Assembly: GCA_951406725.2 (NCBI GenBank)
Contig: OX597816.1
Span: 104,346,001-104,410,000, forward strand
Length of the DNA stretch: 64,000 nucleotides
Reading direction: 5' to 3'
DNA from: Octopus vulgaris
Taxonomy: Eukaryota
The translations under genes were made by a program, and so were the position numbers. The notes beneath the pieces were generated by a model that saw only the letters and a list, made by a program, of their open reading frames with translations, made no database searches and was not told the origin of the DNA. This document shows positions 53,889-64,000 of this stretch, piece after piece; positions within the stretch are counted from its first letter, which is position 1, and each line of letters opens with the position of its first letter.

Positions 53889-55657
53889 CATTTGCGCACT
53901 ATATATTCACTCTTCTAGTGTTTCTTAAAGACACTGAATTTCAATAGTGAATTTTTTTCATTTACCAAGCAGAACAGGCTTAACTTTCGTACTAGAAATG
54001 ATCTACCTAGTTTTACATTATAAAAAGTATCTAATTTGAGAACGTTTACATACTGAAGCACGTATCACGATTGTATACACAGTGTATTGACTGTTATATT
54101 GTTTTACCAGTGAGAACAGTCGATATTTCCTCCTCAAGTTGGGACATAGAAAACTTTAGGAAAATATACAACCAATGAAAAGTATTTGTGTGTGTCTGTG
54201 TGTGTTTGTGCATGTGTCAACATGCAGATATGGATATATATATGTAAATATATATGTACAGATATATGTAGAACCTTCGCCGACGTTTATGTTTCCTACA
54301 TCGTCTATGCACATCCACATAGACATTTATATGAGTGTGTATACGTTTATATATCCATGTACGTATGTATGTATGTATGTATGTATGTACGTATGTATGT
54401 ATGTATATAGGTAGGTAGGTAGGTCGGTAGGTATGTATGTAGGTATGTATGTAGGTATGTATGTATGTATGTAGGTATGTATGTAGGTATGTATGTATGT
54501 ATGTACGTACGTACGTATCTATGCATGCATATATGCAAGTATGTATGTAGTGTCTGTGTGTGTGTGTGTGTGTGTAGTTGTGTGTGTGCATGTGTTTTAT
54601 ATCTTGCTTCGCAGGCGAAGGATGAATGCACGAGGGAGAAAACCTACAAAACTTTCCTTTCGAATTGAAATACCCAATGCGACATTTGCGTGGCTAAGTT
54701 GTACCAGAAACCCTTGCCGTGAGCATATCATTGTTCTATTGCAAACTTTTAGCCAATGGTGTTATAATTTCCAAAGATTTATATAAATAAATATGTGTTT
54801 CTTAGCCGACAGAGGGCTAGATTACCCAACACCAATACCTAAGATTACGGTAGAGTGTTGCTTGAGGGAGATTCGTATTGAATTTACGATAGTGGCAGAT
54901 TCTCTGCGAATTGCCCTAATGAAATGCAGAGAACTGCAAGGCTAATTAAAAGAAGAATAATTTCTGACAAAAATCGGTGTATTTTGTCACACATTAATTT
55001 CTATTGCAAAATAATTTCCCGTGTTAATTAGAGAAAATCGCAACAGAAGTTATTAAAAGAAGACAAGAACTTAACAGTTTTTTTTAATTCTGGGTATGAT
55101 TGCTTTCACTCTTTATCTTAATCAGAACAAATAACAATTATCCTATCCACTTCAACAGATCTAAGATAATATGAACATGGGGAATATAGGACAGGGAATA
55201 TTGCATTTATTTTTTTCCGGAATGAATTTGCACAATCCCACATGTATTAGGTTCAATTAAGTCTTCCAATTAACTTGATGTTTACATTCTTTTATGGGTC
55301 AGCTGCTCTCTTCATTTGAACAACGTCATTTCTTTACCAATAATTTTGCTGAATTCTTCTATCAATATCATCAGCTAGTTATAACAACTTACAGACAAAA
55401 ATAACGCATCCACACACTCATCAGGTTGTAAGGAAAATATACTAAGAGAGTATTAGTAAATTCTAAATAACAGCTTTAATGCCGCAGCTAGTTTACCAGG
55501 TCAAATCCGATTCAGCGGATTTATGATGAATGACCATATTTTGTTCACTTACGGTGTAGTCTACGATGAAATTACCTAATTTGTGCCTCTAGCTCATTCC
55601 GATTCTATATTTATTTATTTTATAGATACATAGATACACTCAAACACACATACTTTC

Positions 55658-55731
<74 letters not shown>

Positions 55732-55905
55732 TTTATTTATTAGTATTTATGTACTTTTTGTGATCTGGATAAATGTTTTATCATATATTTTATTTTTTCT
55801 ATATGATATGCTTTATGTCTCTTAATGTTTGAATTACATAATAGTGGTTTTTCTCTAATTTATATATATACACTTATATACCCACATTCATATTAATACA
55901 TACAA

Positions 55906-55951
<46 letters not shown>

Positions 55952-58900
55952 GATACAAGTCCACATTACAACGATGAAAGCTTAGAGATCTATTATTTTT
56001 GATGACAAATTTCATAATTGCTCTATTCTGAATCCAATGCATGGAACTAGACACACGATTTGTAAATCACACTCATATTTTTAGTATAGCATGGTCAAAT
56101 TAAAAGCTATTTTACACACACGCGTGTACGCACACACACACACATATATAATAATAATCTTCTAGGAAAATAAATCTAGCTATAAAAACTGACGCTTACT
56201 AAATCATAAAGGTCAAGGATCTAGTTATGCCTTCCAGCAAATGCCAAAAACCAATGGATGCAAGCATGTTCATTATAGAATAAAAATTGTAATATCTGTT
56301 ACCTATATAACATTTATCATATTGGCCTGTTATTGAATGCTCATCAAGTTGTTGGACATGCCCTTGCAAAACAAGCACAAAGAAATTTACGTTAGGTAAA
56401 TGTCAATGAAAGAAACATTACGTGGATGCTGACCATCAAGAAATTGCAGCTCAATTTCTCGTGTAACATGCTTCTGTTTAAAGAAAAAGACATGGATATA
56501 CAGTAGATAGCATCATTTTAGAAACCTCTAGAAAGTTATTCTGATTACGGCTTCACTGTCTTCTCTCATTGTCTGCTCAAGATATGTCTGTCCTATGAAG
56601 AAACATAAATCCCCGAAAAGTTCACTGATTAAGCTTTGTTATGAACAGAATCATATTAATGTTATTGAATTTTGTAAGGATAAATACCAAATTCACCATA
56701 GATAGGATATGAAGTCGAAATGCATTGGTAGAAATTAACTAAAGTCGTTTTAGTTACCCCTAAAACATTAATGTACTCTATCATATTTTAATCTTAATGC
56801 GTAAACAGTTTCAAATATTGCCACTTGATAGCAGGTTCTGTGTTGGTTGTATGTCGCTATAAGACATTACCCTAAAATCAATTTTCATTTGACCACTAAA
56901 GTGTTTTAGAGCTTTATTAAATGCAATACATGAGTAGAAAGCCATGGCAGTTTCAATTCCAAGAGAAGTCAGCCATCTCATTTCATGTCGTACCTATTAT
57001 TTATGAACGTATTAATTTCCCAAAGATACACTAGATGAGAATAAGCAAGTGTATCAATGAGGACATTTCAAAATAGTCACACAACCAGTTGCAGACAAAA
57101 ACAATCTCCCTGAGACCTGCTGTCTTGAAACGAATAATATATTGCATAAGATATATTGAGCCACACTATACCTGAAGAAATACGTATTCGGAATGTCTTT
57201 GATCATAGGTTTGTTCAGTCAAGTCCAACTTTTGCTTAAAGAGCAACTACATCAATGAGATCTTCGGGGTTGAGTTAACGATTCAATTACGGAAAATTTT
57301 AAATCTATTTCTATTTTTGTTTTAACATGGCCACTGCCATCAAAATGACTCGTATAAAGTTAGAGTTAATTTCAATTTCTTTCATGAATATTCCAAATCT
57401 ATATTTCAATTATATTAATAATGCATTTGAACATAAAATAGAATTATTCGTAAAGCGATATATTTTCCTCATCCAATTTCGTCAAACAATTTACAATAGT
57501 ATTTTGTAGCATATTATAAAGTTTTGATTTTTGCAGAAGTTTCAATATGGCCTAATTTATATGATTATATGATTATACATCTATCTAAATTTTTTAAAAT
57601 CTGTTTAGGTAAAGACTCAAAGTGTACACTACTCCACAATATTATCTAATTTCGTCAAAATATTATGCAAAGTTTTATAAGCTGCATATTACGAGATTAT
57701 AAAAATATTAAGTAATAGTGACACATTACTAAATTTCGTTGGAAATGCGCTTGATATCAAATTATTCAGAGTAACATTTGATCAGTCAAAACAAATTGAT
57801 GAATAGTTGAATTTTTTTTCTTCCATTAGCGAAGCGAAGCTTTTCTATCATTGAATGCACCAGTTTTTAAGCAAGTAGTTTCTCTATTTTTCATGTGTTA
57901 TATCTACCTGTCACGTATTATTAATATCTTGTTTTATAAAGACTCTTCACATTTCTTTTAGGCTTCTCTTCATTGGAAAAATGACTACGAATATTAAGCT
58001 CTAGCGACAGAAAGAAAATATCTAGACATATATATTTAATTTAGAATCTGTATTGGTAAAATTTGATATTACCGCTTAGGCCACGGTAGGATCACATAAA
58101 ACTGATGATGTATAGTTGGTGTCAAAATAAACATATTGTGTAAGCTGGTGATCAAATTTCTGACTTGTCATGCAATCTAGGTCACGCGTCTAGCTATATT
58201 TGTTGTATAACAACAACGGTCAACTTATTCTTTATTTCCTCTCAATCAGAAATCGCCCTCGGCCGGATCTTTTCTCTATCTTTTTTCCTCCTTCTCTGAG
58301 TCTGTTTCGTTATGCCTGGCTTTCCAGGTTTGAATTCCCCGAAAGTCGCATCTCAGTTTCCTGCCATAAGAGTCACACTTGTTATCAAATACAGAAGTAA
58401 CATTTACCTCTTGAAAAAGAAGCAATTTATTGCTTCTTTTGGCGTTTTCTTTCTTCTGTGTATAAAAATTTAGAATCTATTTTATATTAGTTTTATCTTG
58501 ACATTAGCCATTATGTAAAGTTTGCATCTATGTGTGCAATGTAAATTTATAGACAACCTGCAATCTCAATTACCGAATAAGGAAATTTTTTGCTGAAGAC
58601 CATAGTGCAAAAACTGTTTGAAAAGTCAACTAATACAAGAGAAAGTGCATAAAGTTCACTAAAATAATACTAGTGTCAAATTTATACAATTGTCATGACG
58701 ATACAAACATTTCTTTTTCAATTCTTTAAAACTGACGTATTGATATATAAAAACTATTTTTATTCTTTTTTCACTTTGATAGATATATTAAATGTCCTTT
58801 CATTGAAAGGTATGTGATAACCTTGTTCTCTGCACAACCTTTCAATGTGTATGATACTTAGGTTCAAATTCCGAAAACTGTTGCTTGCTGTATAACATGA

Positions 58901-59289
58901 ACAAGGAGGGACACTAGACAGACAATCTCAGTTCTGGAGAGAAAAATTAGTGCTTAGTTAAAATTTTAGCAAAGGAACATACTGAAGATTACAAAAAGAA
59001 GAGAAGTGTAGTCCTGTTTAGAGGTTGTGTGCTATTTTAGAGAAGATAAAGTTGAAGTAGCAGAAAAAATTCCCAAATAAACATGAGAACCACTTATTTT
59101 GTAGGGTATTGTTAAATCTGTAAATGAAATGATAATCATTTTCATTTTATTAAACTGCAATATCTGCGTGTTTCTTATATGCCTACATATGCGTGTGTGT
59201 TTGCGTGTGTGTGTGTGTTTGCGTGTGTGTGTGTGTGTGTGCGCGTGCGTGTGTGTGTGTGCGTGCGTGTGTGTGTGTGTGTACTAACT

Positions 59290-61650
59290 CACTACATGTA
59301 TGTACTGGAAAAGATAATGGACGTAATTAGACGTATGAGGTGGAAAGCATTCTACCGCGACCTAACCACACCAACCCCGGAGGACAACTATGGAATCAGA
59401 TCGAAAAAATACCCAACCAAAATCAAGGACCACGAACTCTTCGAAGCGGATCTACTAGGCATCACTTCCCAGCTGAAATTCCGTAAGTCCTCTTCTTCCT
59501 TAGAACACAAACACCGGGCAGACATTAGATTGTTAAAAAAAACTCAGATAGGTCACTAATCTTCTCTGATAAGACGAAAAATTTATATAGGATAGACATC
59601 CTAGGTTACGATAGACTACTAAAAAAATCACACAAAATTATAGGCGCGCTGCCTGCACGCATATAATGACATCAACAGTGAAGCCCCCAAAATCAACTGA
59701 CAAAATAGAGATAGCGGATATGGTAGAGATCCTAGCTAAAAGAAACTCTTTCATTACCATAAAATATCATAAACCGAACTTTGCCTCAAACCCTAAATTC
59801 CGCCGGATCAATCCGGCCAAATTTGAGATCAGTCTGGCGAGTAAGCTCATATTGAGAAATTAAATGACACCAATTAAATGACCGCATGGTTTAATGCCAA
59901 CAAAGGAAGATATAGTTTGATACAGTCGACTTTTACTCAAAAGGACTACTGACCAAGGGGATTTCGTTCACTAAGGGCTTCCCTGACATTGGCGACAGAG
60001 ATATAGAAGTTATTATGCATGCCAGAAAGACAGTGCTGTTCAACAAATGTTTGGCATGGGTCAAGCAATCCGATCCTGACGATATACAACCTTCATCGGG
60101 TTGTACATCTTCGATACCCTTAAGAATGATTTCCTCTCTGTCCTCTTTGGCCCCAAAAGATATGACACCCTGGCCATCTCTTAGGTGGGGAGGAAATGGA
60201 CATACACTAGAGAGGCTTAGGAAATGTCAAATCAGCACGCTTGCCTCCATGAAAATCACCATAGAGACCAACCTCACAGCCGCGGACTTCTTAGACATCA
60301 CGCTCGACTTGTGCTCTGGTACATACAGGCCCTAACGCAAACCAAACGAGAGGCTAACGTACTTCAACACAGCCTCCTGCAACCCATCCATCGTGTTCAA
60401 AACACTGGTGAAGTGTGTAAGAAGATCACGAATCTGTCCTCCGACCAAGATATTTTCAACGTAGCGGCCCCGTATTATTACGAAGCCCTAGCTGCCAGCG
60501 GATTTAGGGACCGCATCTCCTACATGCAGTAGCAGTCGTAGATACAAGAGCAGAACTAGCAACGTCGCTACAATCGTCACAGTGATCAATATGCAACAAT
60601 AAAAATAACAGCACCTGCAACAGCATTGGCAGTTCCCTCGACGGCATCGACAGCAGTATCATCAACAGCAACATCGCTATCAGCAGTAGCATTACCAGCA
60701 GCATTCCTAAAGTCCACAGTAGAAGAAGTGACAACCCCTATAGCAGCGGCAACAAGTACAGTAGCACCGCCAGCAATAACGGCAGAAATAACAACAATGG
60801 CAACAGCAGCAGCAGCGACAGTGGCCTTAGCAGAAACACCAGCGGGACCACAGCTAATAACGCCTCTAGGAGCAATGGCAACTCTCCCATCAATGAGGGC
60901 CACAATAACAACGGCACCTTCACCATAACCGGCAGTGGCAATACCATTACCAACGCCACTACTACTACCTCCAGCGACGCCAGCACCAGCAGTCCCAGCC
61001 CCAACAACATCGATGTTGGCGGCAGCAACAACAACACCAGCAGATACAGACACAGCGCCAATAACACACGCCCACGGAGATACATTGGATGTTCCGGGAA
61101 CTATAAGAAGCAACGTCTCTCCAACCACAGGTGCTCCCTCAGAGTTTCGGAAAGGAGATACGTGACATCAATGGCCAGCCACGTCGGGCAACTAAGAGAC
61201 GATGGGCTTCCATACTCGATCTCATGGAAAATGCTCGAGAACCCAGGCCCCTACATCAAAGGAACGAAACGATGCAAGTTATGCATAGCTGAACGCGCAG
61301 GAATCCTAAACGACTCACTCGAACTACAGAACATCCTTAACTCCAGAACGGAAGTTCCTGCTAGTCTTTTTGGCGCCCACAAAAATGCGGCACAACCGGA
61401 AGTCGATAGCAAAGTGAGGTAATCACCAGTTGTTACCTTTGGGTAGTGAAGTATTTCCTACTTCATATTTTTGAGAGGTCTTGAGCCAACAAGTTTTGGG
61501 ATCTGACAATACGCCATAAAGCTAAATCCTTTATGGACGGGAAACTTAAGGCAATCCTATAAACCGGCCTTTCCCGTTTTTAATATAATTTATACTGCTT
61601 TACATCTTAGAATGTGCTCCTTCTTTCGATTTATGTTTTTTCAGACGATT
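59290..61650 (+). mobile_element. Old, multiply frameshifted Naiad-like Penelope element
   Basis: LEK..DVIRRMRWKAF, FITIKYHKPNFASNPKFRRINPAK, DFLDITLDL..GTYRP, ISWKML..PY..G.KRCKLC..E. Confidence 0.85.
61498..61557 (+). ncRNA. Degenerate hammerhead downstream of the Naiad-like ORF
   Basis: GGAT-CTGACAA-..CCATAAAG..CTTTATGG..-GAAACTTAAG-GCA-ATCC; stems retained, core and triplet mutated. Confidence 0.5.
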
Positions 61651-63150
61651 ATATATATATATATATATATATATATGCATGTATGTGTGTGCATATCTGT
61701 TTTCAGTGTGTATAATATATCCAGTGTGTTCGTTGGATAAAATTTTCAGATAATAGCAGTATGTTGTTCAAGTCCTTAGCCTGGGATATTTTTTCAGACG
61801 ATGCTGCTTGATCGAACATACTCCGTGGAGATAAAGCATTCAAACTAATCTTCATATTTCACCGTGGTTCTCTTTATACATGCATTCAGTCATATGGACT
61901 CACATACATACATACATTCATACATACATAGACGCATATTACACAAACTCGTCAAAAAGCGTGGTGAGGTAGGGAAAAGCGACAGCATAACAAATAATAC
62001 GAGAGAGAAAAGTAGAAAGACGTGCTATTTTCCTCATATGCGCACAGGTGTTCATTTTGTGAGTGCGCATGTGTGTATTTGTGTGTATGTGTTTGAGCGT
62101 TTGTGTATGTGCGTGTTTGCATGTGCTTGTGTGGATGTGTCTGTGCGTATATGTGCCCACTTGCGTACGTGTATGCTTTTTGTGACATACAGAAACTTGC
62201 AAACATTTCTTTACGCTGATGTGACTCACAAATAATATATTCTCACATTTTATCAGCATTCTTTAATTCTATACATCTATTGCTCTAAATACATCATCTT
62301 TCCTTCTTTTTAACCTTTCTGCGGCTTTCCGATTTCAATCATTCAGCTCGCCAACATAGTATGATTATCTATAAATAGTTTTAATTCACCAGCGAGATTC
62401 TTCTAGAATATTATTCCCGTGAGGTTTGTTTCAGTTTTATTTCATGCGACCTTCGGTATAGTATATTAACTGACAGTAAACTAAAAATAATGCTAATGAT
62501 AATAATATAATATATATTTTTTATAAGCAAATAAACATTCAACATGGCTCCAATGTTAACATCAATCTTTCTAAAATTTCTGTAGACACTTGGACACATA
62601 AACACATATATGTATGTATATACGCACACACACACAGTCGGGAATATATGTATGTGTGTGTGTGTACGTAAATCAATCTATACGAACATTCGCTCACACG
62701 TAGATATATCTATATGTATATAAATATATTAATATATATTAATATAGAAATATATTAATATATATTAATATAGCCAATACCTAAATTAACACAGACCAGT
62801 AAGAGTTTCAGGATAGATTTTAAAGACCCCAATCAATTATTGTATGGTATAAGATCATCAATCTTCTATGAAAACATAGTGGGTCCTATGAATTTACAGG
62901 AAATACGAATGGTTTCTTATCGTGATCCATGATTTAATGTAGAGTTATATGGTGTGCAAAATTCTATTAAAATCCATGTTTCACTGTGATAACTCTTTTT
63001 GAAGACAAAGATGAAAATTAGCAAAACGATTTCTTAAAGAGTAAAGTTTTCCATTTTGAAAAATTCTGAGTGGTGTGAGAAGAAGACTATCTGGGGTAAT
63101 TGCAGCAATTTCATCATAAACCAAATGAGTAAAGAAGTATATGGTAGATA

Positions 63151-63550
63151 TGCGAGCTGGCAGAATCGTTCACATGTTCTGAGTTTAAATTCCGCCGATG
63201 TAGACTTTAATTTTCATCGTTTTGAGGTCAGTATAATAAGTACCAGCTGTGTACTGGAGTCAACGTAGTCACCTTATTCCCTCCCATGAAACTGCCGGCC
63301 TTATGCCAAAAATTAAAAATCAATATTTATCTGCTTTAAAGCGGCGAGAGTTATTAGTACGCCGGGCGAAATGCTTAGGCGGTATTTTTCCTTCTCTTTA
63401 CATTCTGAGTACAAATTCCACTGAGGTTGACTTTGCCTTGCATCCTTTCAGGGTCGATAAAATAAGTACCAGTTGAGCACTGGACCGATATAATTGACTT
63501 ACTTCATCTCCCGAAATTGCTGGCCCTGTGCCAAACTTTGAAACCAATAT
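63151..63550 (+). mobile_element. Two tandem SINE family C copies (63151-63325, 63341-63550)
   Basis: Both share GTTCTGAGTT.AAATTCC...GACTTT...CATC.TTT...ATAAGTACCAG.TG. Confidence 0.8.
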
Positions 63551-64000
63551 TAATTTGCTTAATCTAATGTAAACAACTCTAAATATTTGCCAAATATTTT
63601 TGCAGGTACTTGTGGAAATGATAGTCATTTATTTTTTTACAATATCGATCATATACTTTGACAATCACCGTGATTGTTGATGCTGTTCAAGATTATTCTT
63701 AGTACAGCTTGAGTTTTACCTCCATTAAAGTGTCGTCTGCTCGTTTCAGGGGTTCTCCATTTAATACAGGCTGTTACTTGATAATATTATGTCGACGTTC
63801 TATTTGTGTCTGTAGGATGAAGTGAGATTAAAATAATGCTTCTTAATTCTACCCTCACAATAGATATCTGTCGATTCATGAAGTTACAATACCAATAAAT
63901 TTATATACATATAGAAAACTTCTATATGTATAGAAGCAAGTCTCCTTATTCATACATACATACATACATACATACATACATACATACATACATACATACA

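Noticed and set aside
60586-61165. Mucin-like or Ala/Thr-rich host protein
   Set aside because: Lies inside a Penelope-like element and is open in several frames because of AAC/AGC repeats

Overview
AT-rich, microsatellite-dense eukaryotic non-coding DNA with no intact host gene. The SINE families and repeat spectrum look cephalopod (Octopus-like); this is inferred from recalled repeat sequences, not checked. Most ORFs in the track are microsatellite artefacts. Real content: nested, mostly frameshifted transposons, namely R4/Dong-type RLE-endonuclease LINEs sitting in (TAA)n, Penelope-like elements (one Neptune-like, three Naiad-like), CR1, RTE and Tx1 remnants, a full-length mariner, a MITE and many tRNA-derived SINEs. 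The strongest unannotated signal is RNA-structural: about nine type-I hammerhead ribozyme motifs, several within fold-back structures. The best example is a head-to-head inverted dimer of a 'tRNA-like head + (AAT)n + hammerhead' unit (47259-53816). It splits an older SINE with a 17-bp target duplication, and each of its two (AAT)n tracts later took a Dong LINE insertion. Element boundaries are read by eye and approximate unless TIRs or TSDs are cited.
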